Positions 9,570 through 19,345 are shown, counted from the stretch's first letter. The stretch: DNA of 64,000 nt from an uncultured Candidatus Saccharibacteria bacterium (GCA_964556325.1 CAZKVS010000001.1:67133-131132), one strand, 5' to 3'. The notes: generated by a model not told the origin, from the sequence alone. Program-made: numbers and translations.

Positions 9570-9950
9570 ATGCCAAAGATTGTTATAGCAGAAGACGATA
9601 AGTTATTGTCCGGTTCTCTCGTAGGTGCCTTTACCGACGCGCATTTTGAAGTTTTTCCTGCCTACGACGGTGAGGAAGCCATAGCAAAAATTAAAGAAGT
9701 AAAGCCTGACGCAGTACTGCTCGACGTCATGATGCCGAAGCTAGACGGTATTGGCGTGCTCTGGGAGCTTAAGGCAAACCCTGATACTTCTGGAACACCT
9801 GTGGTTGTGCTGACTAACATGGCCGACATGGACACTATAGCCAAAATTATGGATGCGGGTGGAACCGACTACTTGCTGAAGAGTGACCAGTCCATAGATA
9901 AAATTATAGAAAAAGTGCAGCAGGTCATGGCCCGCGCAGCCGCTAAATAG
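9570..9950 (+). CDS. Stand-alone response-regulator receiver domain
   Basis: IVIAEDD ... LLDVMMPKLDG ... K near the C-terminus. No output domain. Confidence 0.8.
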   Translation: MPKIVIAEDDKLLSGSLVGAFTDAHFEVFPAYDGEEAIAKIKEVKPDAVLLDVMMPKLDGIGVLWELKANPDTSGTPVVVLTNMADMDTIAKIMDAGGTDYLLKSDQSIDKIIEKVQQVMARAAAK

Positions 9951-10040
9951 TGAACAGGGGACAGTGGAAAGTGAACAGGTATAATCCTGTCTTTCCTGAT
10001 TGGCTGTAAACTGTTCACTAGTCACTATCCACTACACTAT
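9950..10040. repeat. Word-built palindrome (GTGAACAG words)
   Basis: agtgaacaggggacagtggaaagtgaacagg ... actgttcactagtcactatccactacact. Confidence 0.5.
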
Positions 10041-10566
10041 GGATGTATTTTCTCACGGATTATGGGGATACGCTTTGGCTTACCCGAGTGCGCAAAAGCA
10101 ACAAAAGCCTAAAAAGGCTTTATGGGGCTTAGTGTTAGGTATGTTGCCGGACGTTATTCCTTTTTTACCGGTTCAATTATATTTTTTATTTCATCGGGTA
10201 TCGTTTGATGCTGGACTCTTCTTTCCTGTGCCCCAACATTGGGTTTTTTCGTGGGCAATTGAAAGTTACAATTATACGCACAGTTTAGTATTGTGGGCTG
10301 TTGTGTTTGCGCTGGTTTTGATTGTGCGAAAAGGGAAAGTATGGATTCCGCTGTATGCGTGGGGATTGCACGTGCTTATGGATATTCCAACTCATCCAGA
10401 TTTTTTTCAAACTCCATTTTTATTTCCGCTATCGAGCTTTAAGCTGGTTGGCTTTGGCTTGTCGTGGGCGCATCCCCTTATTTTCTTCACCAATTGGGCC
10501 GCATTGGCGGTCATCTACGTGTTTATATTTCGAGATATTCGTAAGAGCAAGCGGGCTAATTCTTAA
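10039..10566 (+). CDS. Membrane-bound metal-dependent hydrolase-like protein (DUF457/YdjM-like)
   Basis: MDVFSHGLWGYAL start and His-rich TM helices. Assigned from overall pattern only. Confidence 0.35.
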   Translation: MDVFSHGLWGYALAYPSAQKQQKPKKALWGLVLGMLPDVIPFLPVQLYFLFHRVSFDAGLFFPVPQHWVFSWAIESYNYTHSLVLWAVVFALVLIVRKGKVWIPLYAWGLHVLMDIPTHPDFFQTPFLFPLSSFKLVGFGLSWAHPLIFFTNWAALAVIYVFIFRDIRKSKRANS

Positions 10567-10569
10567 TTC

Positions 10570-11046
10570 GTGATTCGTAATTCCAACTTCTTCGTTCTCG
10601 CGCATAACATTCGGAGCCTGCACAATGTGGGGGCTATTTTTCGTACAAGCGACGTATTTGGGGTCTCAAAGCTTTATTTAAGTGGTTATACCGGTCATCC
10701 GCCAGATGCAAAGCTAGAAAAGGTGGCGCTGGGGGCGGATAAAACCGTGCCCTGGGAGTACAATAAGTCTGCGGTACGAATTGTTAAGAAATTAAGATTG
10801 CAATATCCCGAACTTGTCGTAGTTGGGTTGGAAAATAACATAAAGGGTCGCACCATTCAGTTACTCTCAAAGTTCAAACCGCAGTTCCCTGTGTTATTGG
10901 TATTGGGCGAAGAGGTGAAGGGGATTCCCAAGCCGGTACAAGCGTTATGCGATGCATTTGTAGAAATTCCCCAATACGGGCAAAAAGAGTCGCTTAACGT
11001 CTCGGTCGCCTTTGGCATAGCTGCATATGCCCTAAAAACCCAGTAG
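10570..11046 (+). CDS. SpoU/TrmH-family RNA 2'-O-methyltransferase
   Basis: NIRSLHNVGAIFRTSD ... LVLGEEVKGI ... ESLNVSVAFGIAAY motifs. Confidence 0.75.
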   Translation: MIRNSNFFVLAHNIRSLHNVGAIFRTSDVFGVSKLYLSGYTGHPPDAKLEKVALGADKTVPWEYNKSAVRIVKKLRLQYPELVVVGLENNIKGRTIQLLSKFKPQFPVLLVLGEEVKGIPKPVQALCDAFVEIPQYGQKESLNVSVAFGIAAYALKTQ

Positions 11047-11470
11047 GGTTTAGACTGGTTTTACATCAAATATCATAACTAAGGGGCTCGCATATCCCTC
11101 ATACAAGTAGGTGTGGATTATGTTATTGTGGTACAGTAGTACCGCTGGTGTGGTACAGCGGGGGTTATCCACTGGCGACGGTTCGGCAGCGCTGTTATAC
11201 TGGTTGTAGACAAGTTGCTCCACACCGAAATAAATCACAAATACCTCAGCTAGAATTGCTATATTAAGATTTTGACAAGACTGTCAAATCAAGTTAGGAT
11301 ATGCTTCTGCTGAGATTTCTACAATAAAACACCTCCATAGGAGGTGCAGTATTTATTCTCAAACTCCGTGGCTACAAGGGGGTTACTGATTAACTACTTT
11401 GCGCTACAAACCTTCAAACTATAGTACTGACAACCTAAGATCGGCCGATCTTGGAAAGCCTTAAGCGTTC

Positions 11471-11623
11471 TTACCGCTTTCGGCTTTTTTTCTTAGAGGT
11501 TTTTGTATAGGCGGGGAACTTCCACCATCCGCCGTCTTTGCGGTAAACGGCTTTGCCGTTGCGCATCACGTATGGACAGTAAATGTATCCGTCTTTTAAG
11601 AAGCAATGATTTGGCGAAGCCAT
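11471..11623 (-). CDS. Possible small protein (50 aa) missing from the ORF track
   Basis: Read by hand: MASPNHCFLKDGYIYCPYVMRNGKAVYRKDGGWWKFPAYTKTSKKKSRKR*. GGA lies about 8 nt upstream. It sits in a 1.1 kb stretch without long ORFs. Confidence 0.2.
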   Translation of the reverse strand: MASPNHCFLKDGYIYCPYVMRNGKAVYRKDGGWWKFPAYTKTSKKKSRKR

Positions 11624-12137
11624 ACATCATCCTTTCTGTTGCCGTTTCCGACATACAACCCTTGCAGCCGAAATTTGTAGCCACGGAGTCTGCTAACAAA
11701 ACAGTCTACAAAAGGTAACAAAAAACTTGTACCTTACCTATAGTGCAAGGCGCAAAACCCTTTCGGGAAAATACGCTTGATATAGCGCATGGACTTTTTA
11801 GTTTCCTTACACTATAGGTATGACACAAGTATAAAAACTTATTGCGTGCCGGTTTTGCGTTTTATGAGGGGGTCCAGCCCTATTTATTAAACTACTATAT
11901 AAATTATACCATGGCTTCCTTATTTTCTTCCTGTGGAAAACTTAAAAGTATCAGAAAAAGGTTTTGTATTTTTTTATGTTTTATAGTCGGTCATTTTTAT
12001 AATCCTACAGTACGAGGAGATAAGGCTAAGTTGTAGTAATGTGAATAAAGCCTAACATACGTTTTGCTCATTTGTTTATATAAAAAAGAAAAGGTGTCGC
12101 TGGCACACCTATTCTTTGATTTTTGGACGATGACTGT

Positions 12138-13571
12138 TTAGCCTAGAGCCGTTGCATCTGCAAAATCTGCGATTTGCAGGGCTTTTTGCGTTGCTAGGCC
12201 CGTATACTGCTCGGGGTGGTGAAGTAAGGCTATTACTTCTGCGGGGATTTGTTTCCAGACTTCGCCAAATATTTCGTCTTCGAGCGCATATTCTGCGGCG
12301 ACCTCTACGAGGAGTCTGCCGCTCTTTTGTGCCCTGGGAACGAGTGTGTGGTTCACCAGTTCATGTCCGTCTTGCATGTATCCTGCCATTTGGATGGCAA
12401 TGTACAATGGTTCGGACAGAATGAGGTGGGCATTCATTTGAAAGTTTCGGCTGCAGTTATCGGCGTTTACTGTCATGCGTTCCAGGAAAGGTACGCCGCT
12501 GTCATTTTCCCGCAAGAGGGTATTGAGTTGGGTTACAAGATTCACGAGTATAATTGGGAAATCGCGGGCAACTGCACTGCCTACGAGGTCCCGTTGATGC
12601 TCGCTTAAAAGTGTATCCAGTACTTTGCCAAATTCGTTTTTGGTGCGAATCCACATAGCCTGCAAGTTTTCCCAGTTAATTGGGTTGCGCTTGTGGGCCA
12701 TGGTAGAGGAGCCGCCTTGGCCTACTATAAACTCTTCGGCAATTTCCGCAATTTCCGTTCGCATGAGTTGCCGACAGTCCAACCCAAGTTGGGCGAGGCT
12801 GGCTGAAAGCATGCAAGCGGAGTGGAGGTAGTAAGCAAGAGGTTCAGGGGGGAGGATTTGAGTGCTAATTCGAGCTGGTTTTAAACCCAGCTTGGAAAGC
12901 AGGCGTTCCTCATAGGTTTGGGCGCTGGCTTGGTTTGCCTGTTGTGCTCCAAGCCCAACTTGGGCATTGTATGCACCCACTGCGCCGGATATCTTGCCAA
13001 CCAGTTCCGTGTGGTGTAGCTCCATTTTCTGAAAGTTGTAGATAACGCGGTTGAGGACTGTTGCTAGCCAAAAACCGACCGTTATAGGCAGCGCATGCTG
13101 TCCATGTGTTCGTCCAATCTGTAATTGGTCTGCATAAGTGCGCACTAACCCAGACATGACTTGTATGGTTCGTTGCGTGGCAGGTCTTACGACTTGGCGG
13201 TGTGCCCGACTGAACTGTAGGATTCTGCCCGTGTCCAGAGGGTCGTAGCTCGTAAGCATGACGTGCAGCAGAGGAGCCATGTCGGGTGGTACAATCTTTG
13301 TCGCATTTGTAACCCAGGCGCGTATGTCGTGTTTGGTTACTTTGCGTTCAGTCTCCTCAATTTGGGTGGTGGTCAAGCTCAGGACTCTCGCCTGAACTTC
13401 TGGTGTTAAAAGAGCAATAACCTCTGCTGGAATCAGTCCAACTTCAGCCATTGTTTGTAGATTGGCAATTTCAACCTCTCCGACGGTCCGGTATAGATTG
13501 TCGTAACCAAACATATCGAAAAGCTGTTTTGGTTGATACCTGGGGTTTCCAGGCAGTATAAGATTGGTCAT
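12138..13571 (-). CDS. purB: Fumarate-lyase-superfamily enzyme, most likely adenylosuccinate lyase
   Basis: GSSTMAHKRNPI signature (SSxMPxKxN) plus the family's helical core. Subfamily is inferred. Confidence 0.6.
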   Translation of the reverse strand: MTNLILPGNPRYQPKQLFDMFGYDNLYRTVGEVEIANLQTMAEVGLIPAEVIALLTPEVQARVLSLTTTQIEETERKVTKHDIRAWVTNATKIVPPDMAPLLHVMLTSYDPLDTGRILQFSRAHRQVVRPATQRTIQVMSGLVRTYADQLQIGRTHGQHALPITVGFWLATVLNRVIYNFQKMELHHTELVGKISGAVGAYNAQVGLGAQQANQASAQTYEERLLSKLGLKPARISTQILPPEPLAYYLHSACMLSASLAQLGLDCRQLMRTEIAEIAEEFIVGQGGSSTMAHKRNPINWENLQAMWIRTKNEFGKVLDTLLSEHQRDLVGSAVARDFPIILVNLVTQLNTLLRENDSGVPFLERMTVNADNCSRNFQMNAHLILSEPLYIAIQMAGYMQDGHELVNHTLVPRAQKSGRLLVEVAAEYALEDEIFGEVWKQIPAEVIALLHHPEQYTGLATQKALQIADFADATALG

Positions 13572-13840
13572 CGTTTTTCCTCCGGTTGATTGTAGAAAGA
13601 GCAGTGTGTTTCAGCAATAAGCCATTCTAGCTAAGCTTTAAAACTTTGTACAATAGACAACCCGCTTCTACTTCGGAGATTAAATCCTGGGAAATTACAT
13701 CAAATACCATAACTTACCAAGGGGTGTGGATTGTTGTGAATCTTATATGAATAAAAGTATATATACCGCTGGGTCAAGCGGTATTTTTTATTTGTGGAAC
13801 TTTTGACCCGGTAGGGAACGGTGGGGTATACTGGTTATGC

Positions 13841-13893
13841 AGTGGTAGAAAGTGGATAAAAGTGGGGATAAGTGGTAGATAAAGTGGATAACC
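13841..13893 (+). promoter_or_regulatory. Five tandem AAAGTGG-type direct repeats about 10-11 bp apart, upstream of mraZ (putative MraZ operator)
   Basis: The run agtggtagaa agtggataaa agtggggataa gtggtagataa agtggataacc. It resembles MraZ-binding direct repeats (GTGGG / AAAGTGG) described in E. coli and Mollicutes. Confidence 0.5.
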
Positions 13894-13920
13894 TAACAAG
13901 AGTTACCAAGGGTAACTCTT

Positions 13921-13995
13921 ACCGCTGATCCTTGTATCCTTAATCCTTAACAAAATACACAATCGAGAATCGATTGTGTGAGTCAAGGATTAAAC
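13921..13995. repeat. Word-built palindrome (CCTTAAT words) with a central hairpin
   Basis: ccttgtatccttaatccttaac aaaatacacaatcgagaatcgattgtgtgagtcaaggattaaac. Confidence 0.55.
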
Positions 13996-13999
13996 ATTA

Positions 14000-14455
14000 A
14001 TGATTAGGGATGTACCCCCGCCTATGTTTATTGGTGAATACGATGCTTCAATAGACGATAAAGGTAGGGTTGCAGTGCCTACTAAGTTTCGAGCTGCCTT
14101 AAAAGGCAAGGTCGTGGTCACTCGCGGTCTTGATCAGTCGCTTTTTTTATACCAAAGTCCCGAGTGGAAAGTCATGGCGGAGAAGCTGGCTAGTCTCCCA
14201 ATTTCTACTGCAAATACTCGGGCCTTTTCCCGGCTGATGTTAGCCGGTGCGGTAGAGTGCGATATAGATAAACAGGGGAGAATTATCTTACCCAGCTATC
14301 TACAGGAGTTTGCCGGCATGTCTAAGCGGGTCATATTTGCCGGACTCTACAATCGTATAGAAATATGGAGCGAGGATCGGTGGAAAGCCTATAAGACTGA
14401 GACCGAAAAAGAAAGCACTGCCATAGCTGAGCAGTTGGGTAGTTTGGGAGTATAA
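14000..14455 (+). CDS. mraZ: Transcriptional regulator MraZ
   Basis: MFIGEYDASIDDKGRVAVP and a second DxxxR half-domain (DKQGRIILP). The true start may be the Met at 14024. Confidence 0.85.
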   Translation: MIRDVPPPMFIGEYDASIDDKGRVAVPTKFRAALKGKVVVTRGLDQSLFLYQSPEWKVMAEKLASLPISTANTRAFSRLMLAGAVECDIDKQGRIILPSYLQEFAGMSKRVIFAGLYNRIEIWSEDRWKAYKTETEKESTAIAEQLGSLGV

Positions 14456-14542
14456 GAAATATCTAATTTCTAATACCTAATATCTAATAAAAATACAAAG
14501 AATATTCTGTCATTAGAAATTAGTAATTAGGCATTAGAAATT
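14456..14542. repeat. Word-built intergenic palindrome (CTAAT words) between mraZ and rsmH
   Basis: aaatatctaatttctaatacctaatatctaat ... cattagaaattagtaattaggcattagaaatt. Confidence 0.65.
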
Positions 14543-15484
14543 ATGGCCGTCTACTCCCATACACCAGTTCTTTTACAAGAGGTTTTGGAATATTTGCAGC
14601 CTAAAGCTGGTGGCGTTTTTATAGACGCAACGCTTGGCGGCGGCGGGTACACAGAAGCAATTGCCACCAAGGTTGGCCAAAAAGGCAAGGTGCTATCGTT
14701 GGACCTAGATGCCGACGCAATCCAGGCATTTAAGGATAAACCTCGAATCTTGAAGCTCGAACCTGTCTTGGTTCAGGGAAATTTTAAAGACATCGCAGCT
14801 ATCGCTCAAGAACAAGGTTTTACCGGAGTAAATGGTATTGTGGCCGATATTGGCCTCTCAAGTTATGAACTTGATGACGCAGGGCGCGGCATTAGCTTTA
14901 AACACGATGAGCCGCTTGATATGCGTTTTAATGCCCAGTCCGATGGTGTGACTGCTGTGAGTTTACTCGCAGAAAAAACAGAATTAGAGCTGTCCACTTT
15001 GTTTACAAAATATGGTGAGGAGCGATACGCGCGTCCCATCGCCCGGAATATTGTTCGTACACGTACGGAAGAACCCGTTACGAGAACCACTCAGTTGGTG
15101 GATATTATTACGAACAGCATTCCGCGCGCTGTTAGACATAAAGCCCAAGATTCGTGCAGACGAATTTTCCAGGCTTTACGAATAGCCGTGAACGGAGAGT
15201 TGGACAATTTACAAGAGTTTCTACCAAGTGCGTTAAGTCTTCTTGCGCCAGGCGGTAGATTGGTTGTGGTATCTTTTCATTCTCTTGAGGATAGAATTGT
15301 AAAGCAATTCTTTGTTAAAGCCGCCACAGGGTGTATATGTCCGTCGAGTTTTCCCCAGTGTGTGTGTGGAAAGAAGCCACAAGTGCAAATTTTAACGCGG
15401 CGTCCTATTACGGCAGGTGAAGGTGAGCTTGCGCAGAACACACGGAGTCGCCCTGCAAAGCTGCGGGCAGCGCTTAAATTATAA
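14543..15484 (+). CDS. rsmH: 16S rRNA (cytosine1402-N4)-methyltransferase RsmH/MraW
   Basis: HTPVLLQEVLEYL, DATLGGGGY, SFHSLEDRIVK. Confidence 0.9.
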   Translation: MAVYSHTPVLLQEVLEYLQPKAGGVFIDATLGGGGYTEAIATKVGQKGKVLSLDLDADAIQAFKDKPRILKLEPVLVQGNFKDIAAIAQEQGFTGVNGIVADIGLSSYELDDAGRGISFKHDEPLDMRFNAQSDGVTAVSLLAEKTELELSTLFTKYGEERYARPIARNIVRTRTEEPVTRTTQLVDIITNSIPRAVRHKAQDSCRRIFQALRIAVNGELDNLQEFLPSALSLLAPGGRLVVVSFHSLEDRIVKQFFVKAATGCICPSSFPQCVCGKKPQVQILTRRPITAGEGELAQNTRSRPAKLRAALKL

Positions 15485-15514
15485 TATTAATTAGTAGTTT
15501 AAAATAAAACAAAA

Positions 15515-15952
15515 ATGTCAGCACCTCATGTAATGTCAGTTGTTACGCACCTACCCGGGATAGAAAGGTCCAGTGGAGCCTTAGCGGATAGAACTGCGCC
15601 ACACGCTCATGCCGGCAAGGTAGTTCGCGCAGCGTCTAAAAAAGGAGTTCGTAAAGTAGCTATTCCGTGGACCGCCTATGGGACGCTAGTGCTGGTGGGA
15701 ATAAATGTTTTGTTCTTTGGTTGGTACTTAGTCGGCGTAAACAATTTTGCGGGTCTGGGGTACGATATGAATCAGGCGCGCAAGCAGCTTATGAAGTCTA
15801 CGGAGGCTCAGAGGCAACTACAAGTATCTGTGGCCGAGCGGAGCGCCGTGGTGCGCATGCGTGAGCAGGCTGTTGCGGAACAACAATATGTTGCGCAGGG
15901 TATTCCTGAATTTATCCCGTTTGCTGCGCCTATGCAGCTTTCCATGCGTTAA
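15515..15952 (+). CDS. FtsL-like cell-division protein (TM + coiled coil)
   Basis: Sits between rsmH and ftsI. Single TM helix then a helical segment. Confidence 0.45.
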   Translation: MSAPHVMSVVTHLPGIERSSGALADRTAPHAHAGKVVRAASKKGVRKVAIPWTAYGTLVLVGINVLFFGWYLVGVNNFAGLGYDMNQARKQLMKSTEAQRQLQVSVAERSAVVRMREQAVAEQQYVAQGIPEFIPFAAPMQLSMR

Positions 15953-16015
15953 TACGGTTATTTGATATACATTGACTGCCTCGGCTATTTACTAATTACT
16001 AGGAACTAAGTACTG

Positions 16016-17764
16016 TTGCGTATGAAGCGGTCTACTACTATCACACCATTCACCGGTCGGATTAAGCTCGTTACCGGTGTTTTTGTATTTTTATTTACTA
16101 TATTAATTATTCGTCTCGCTGTGTTGCAGGTCGGTTCTGCTGCGTACTATAAAGATCAGGCAGCTGGCCAGCATGCTTTTTTTGATCAGCTGGCTCCCAG
16201 TCGGGGTGAAATTAAAGTAGCAGATAAAACCAGTGCGGAGAATTTACCTGTGGCTACAAATATTCACGTGCCTTTGGTATACGTGGTGCCAAAATCAGTA
16301 GTCGACCCTCTGCGAGTGGCTCAAGGACTTTCGGGGGTACTTGGTATTCCGGAGGCAGACATCTTGCCCAAGTTAAATAGTAAAAATAAGGCCTATGTGC
16401 CCATTAAACGAAGGCTGAGTCAGGACGAGGTAGATAAGCTAAAAGCTCTCAATTTACCCGGAGTTGCATTTGATGATGAGTTGGTGCGGTATTACCCAGA
16501 GCATTCATTTTTAAGTCACGTTATTGGTTTCTTGGGGTACAAGGAAAATTCAGGTAGTGACCGCGTGGGGTTATATGGCATTGAAAAAAGTTTTAACGGT
16601 GCCTTGTCGGGGCAAGCAGGTTCGTTAGATACTAATAATTCGGGTACCGGTTCGTGGTTGTTTGGTGTAAAACAGGCCTTCCAGAGTGCGACAAACGGGA
16701 GTCAGCTGCTTTTGACCATAGATCGTTCTGTCCAACTTACCGCTGAGCAAGTTCTAGCGAGTGCTGTAGAAACTCATCAGGCAGACGGTGGGTGTGTGAT
16801 AGTTATGGATCCAAAAACGGGTGCTGTACTCGCCATGGCGAGCAATCCGGCCTACGATCCAAACGAGTACAATAAGGTTGCTAATCAGGCCGTGTTTTCT
16901 AATTTATGTACCACTGGCTCGTATGAGCCAGGTTCGGTTTTTAAAGCGGTGACTATGGCGGCAGCAATCGATAAGGGTGCTATCACGCCCGATACTACCT
17001 ATGTTGACTCTGGACAGGTAGTGGTTGATGGATACACCATAAAAAACTCCGACAATAAAAGCCATGGAGTTCAAACCATGACTCAGGTACTGGAAGAGTC
17101 TTTAAACACCGGAGTAATATATGCTAAGAATAAAATTGGCAATAAAGCCTTTTTGGACTACGTGCAGCGCTTCGGATTTGGCAAGCTCACAGGCTTAGAC
17201 ATTCCGGAGATTGGCGGAAGTATAAAGAACTTAAATGGAAACGTAGAAGTAAACTACGATACTGCCAGTTTTGGGCAGGGGATACTGGTCACGCCTATAC
17301 AGATGGTAAAGGCCTATGCCGCTATTGCCAATGGCGGCAAAATGCCTGTTCCTCATGTGGTGGGCGCGCAAATAAGTCCCGATGGAAAGATAGCTGAAAC
17401 TCCTATTAGCCTCGGACAGCAAATTATTTCTCAAAAGACCGCTGAGAGTTTGGGGGCTATGTTAGTCAGTGTAGTTGAAAATGGTCACGGAAAACGGGCT
17501 CGAGTACCTGGGTATTACGTAGCAGGTAAGACAGGGACTGCGCAAGTAGCAAAACAAGATAGCGCGGGGTACGATCCGAATAATAACATTGGAACCTTTG
17601 TAGGCTATGCTCCGGTGGAAGATCCGAAGTTTGTTATGCTTGTACGTATAAACCATCCACGAACAGTGCAGTTCGCGGAGAGTACTGCTGGACCGGCCTG
17701 GGGTCAAATAGCAAAGTTTATTTTGTCTTACTACAACGTGCCACCGAATAGACCGCTTAAATAG
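16016..17764 (+). CDS. ftsI: Penicillin-binding protein (FtsI/PBP2-type transpeptidase)
   Basis: N-terminal TM. Motifs SVFK (SxxK), SDN and KTGT. Confidence 0.85.
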   Translation: MRMKRSTTITPFTGRIKLVTGVFVFLFTILIIRLAVLQVGSAAYYKDQAAGQHAFFDQLAPSRGEIKVADKTSAENLPVATNIHVPLVYVVPKSVVDPLRVAQGLSGVLGIPEADILPKLNSKNKAYVPIKRRLSQDEVDKLKALNLPGVAFDDELVRYYPEHSFLSHVIGFLGYKENSGSDRVGLYGIEKSFNGALSGQAGSLDTNNSGTGSWLFGVKQAFQSATNGSQLLLTIDRSVQLTAEQVLASAVETHQADGGCVIVMDPKTGAVLAMASNPAYDPNEYNKVANQAVFSNLCTTGSYEPGSVFKAVTMAAAIDKGAITPDTTYVDSGQVVVDGYTIKNSDNKSHGVQTMTQVLEESLNTGVIYAKNKIGNKAFLDYVQRFGFGKLTGLDIPEIGGSIKNLNGNVEVNYDTASFGQGILVTPIQMVKAYAAIANGGKMPVPHVVGAQISPDGKIAETPISLGQQIISQKTAESLGAMLVSVVENGHGKRARVPGYYVAGKTGTAQVAKQDSAGYDPNNNIGTFVGYAPVEDPKFVMLVRINHPRTVQFAESTAGPAWGQIAKFILSYYNVPPNRPLK

Positions 17765-17828
17765 CCTCTGAGGCTATTTAAGACATCTCTAATCCTTGAT
17801 CTTTAATCCTTAATCAAATACGAAAGCT
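17765..17828. repeat. Left arm of the inverted repeat around the four-helix-bundle gene (CCTTAAT words)
   Basis: ctctaatccttgatctttaatccttaatc is mirrored at 18198..18245 as ggattaagcattacagattagagattaaatc. Confidence 0.6.
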
Positions 17829-18197
17829 ATGGATAAACATGGGTTTCGATTTCGTGATTGGCCAGTATATAAAGATGCTCGAATATTTCGAACTCAAATA
17901 ATGCTTTTGGCCAAAACATTTCCGAAAGAAGAGTTATATGCGCTTACAGATCAAACGCGACGGGCACTTAATTCAATATTGTTAAATTTAGCAGAAGGCT
18001 CTAACAAAAACACTGATAAAGATACACGGGTATATATAAACCGTGCACAAGGGTCACTCGATGAGGTTGTTGCCTGCCTTGATTGTGCAATCGATGATAA
18101 GTACATTACTGAGGCTCAGCAAAAAGAGGCGCTGGAAATTGCAGAGTCTCTGGCGAAACAACTTAAGAGCTTTACTGCGTACCTATCTTCTCGTTAA
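17829..18197 (+). CDS. Four-helix-bundle protein (23S rRNA intervening-sequence protein family)
   Basis: Typical length and heptad pattern of TIGR02436-like proteins (LNSILLNLAEGS...). Flanked by inverted word-repeats. Confidence 0.6.
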   Translation: MDKHGFRFRDWPVYKDARIFRTQIMLLAKTFPKEELYALTDQTRRALNSILLNLAEGSNKNTDKDTRVYINRAQGSLDEVVACLDCAIDDKYITEAQQKEALEIAESLAKQLKSFTAYLSSR

Positions 18198-18245
18198 GGA
18201 TTAAGCATTACAGATTAGAGATTAAATCGCGCTCCTGCGCGATTT
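18198..18245. repeat. Right arm of the inverted repeat around the four-helix-bundle gene, with a short GC hairpin
   Basis: ggattaagcattacagattagagattaaatcgcgctcctgcgcgatttg. Confidence 0.55.
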
Positions 18246-18446
18246 GCCCCAATGCACGGTATTCCAAAAACGTTCATGAACAAAGTATAGGATAGTGCTG
18301 GCTATATTAGAAAAAACAATTACCTGCAGCGTGGTATCGTAGCGGTGGGTAATAGTAAAGATAATCAGTCCGTCTGAAATAAGGATAACAAAGCGATAGG
18401 TGAGTGCTTTCAACAGCGACCGCTTGGCGTGTTCGTGAAAAGCCAT
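18222..18446 (-). CDS. DUF2061-like small membrane protein
   Basis: KALTYRFVIL...HERFW pattern. Confidence 0.4.
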   Translation of the reverse strand: MAFHEHAKRSLLKALTYRFVILISDGLIIFTITHRYDTTLQVIVFSNIASTILYFVHERFWNTVHWGKSRRSAI

Positions 18447-18457
18447 ACGATGTATAT

Positions 18458-19345
18458 TTATTCTGTTCTGTCTGCTCGCTTACCGTGTACGACAGTTTTT
18501 TTAATGGGTGGTAAATGAGTAGGGCCGTAGTCAGACATAACTACACCCGCGGGATTGTGCTCAAGGCTAATGGCTCTTGGCTGTTGAAACGCGCCGTTTA
18601 CTAATAGCTTATTTATATAATGAAAGGCTGCATCTGCATGCTCTACCAGATGGTACAATTGCGTGTCTTCTGGAGCAATTGCTTGGTGTTCTTTCAAAAC
18701 TACTTTGTCAATCCACTTTAAGAGAGGTTGCCAGAAGTCTTTGTCTATAAGCACGACATACACACCGCTCATTTTTTTCGTTTGAATGAGTGTCAGAATT
18801 TCAAAAAGTTCGTCAAGCGTACCAAAGCCGCCCGGGAAAAATATGTATATTTGGGAAACTGAGGCAAGCATTACTTTGCGGGTAAAAAAGTAGTGGAACG
18901 ATTCGCTTTCGCTGACGTATCGGTTTATGCGTTGCTCTGAGGGGAGTTGTATATTTAAACCAACCGATTTACCTCCGGCCTCTTTTGCGCCTTTGTTGCC
19001 GGCTTCCATTATACCCGGTCCGCCGCCTGTGACGACTGCAAAGCCCTCTTTGGCCAGTAAGTAGCCAAGTCGTTGTGCGTCCCGGTACACCGAGTGTTCC
19101 GCGCCCCAGCGAGCAGAGCCAAAAAAGCTTACCGCATGTTCGAATTGGTTTATAAACCTGTACCCGGCCATAAACTCAGAGACAATGCGCCAAAGTCGCC
19201 CAGGAGAAAATAAGTTTTCCCGGACTGTCATGAGTTTGTCTACTTGTCGTTTAGTCAGCTGCCCGTTGTGAATAGTTATCTTTTTCCTGTTTTGCTTTTC
19301 GGGTAGGACGATGTGGATCTTTTTATGTGGGTGTTTGTCTGTCAT
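18458..19345 (-). CDS. LOG-family protein (cytokinin riboside 5'-monophosphate phosphoribohydrolase-like)
   Basis: [27 protein letters not shown] and [12 protein letters not shown] motifs. The N-terminal extension is longer than usual. Confidence 0.75.
   Translation of the reverse strand: MTDKHPHKKIHIVLPEKQNRKKITIHNGQLTKRQVDKLMTVRENLFSPGRLWRIVSEFMAGYRFINQFEHAVSFFGSARWGAEHSVYRDAQRLGYLLAKEGFAVVTGGGPGIMEAGNKGAKEAGGKSVGLNIQLPSEQRINRYVSESESFHYFFTRKVMLASVSQIYIFFPGGFGTLDELFEILTLIQTKKMSGVYVVLIDKDFWQPLLKWIDKVVLKEHQAIAPEDTQLYHLVEHADAAFHYINKLLVNGAFQQPRAISLEHNPAGVVMSDYGPTHLPPIKKTVVHGKRADRTE

Noticed and set aside
11503-12036. Plus-strand ORFs 11503..11718 and 11842..12036
   Set aside because: Arg/Cys-rich or oddly composed translations. 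No ribosome-binding site context and no motifs. They sit in a region better explained as non-coding.
13819-13893. AGTGGATAA repeats as DnaA boxes marking oriC
   Set aside because: The repeats are all in direct orientation at helical-turn spacing immediately upstream of mraZ. That matches MraZ operator architecture better. No dnaA/dnaN or AT-rich unwinding element is nearby. Retained as a finding under the MraZ interpretation.
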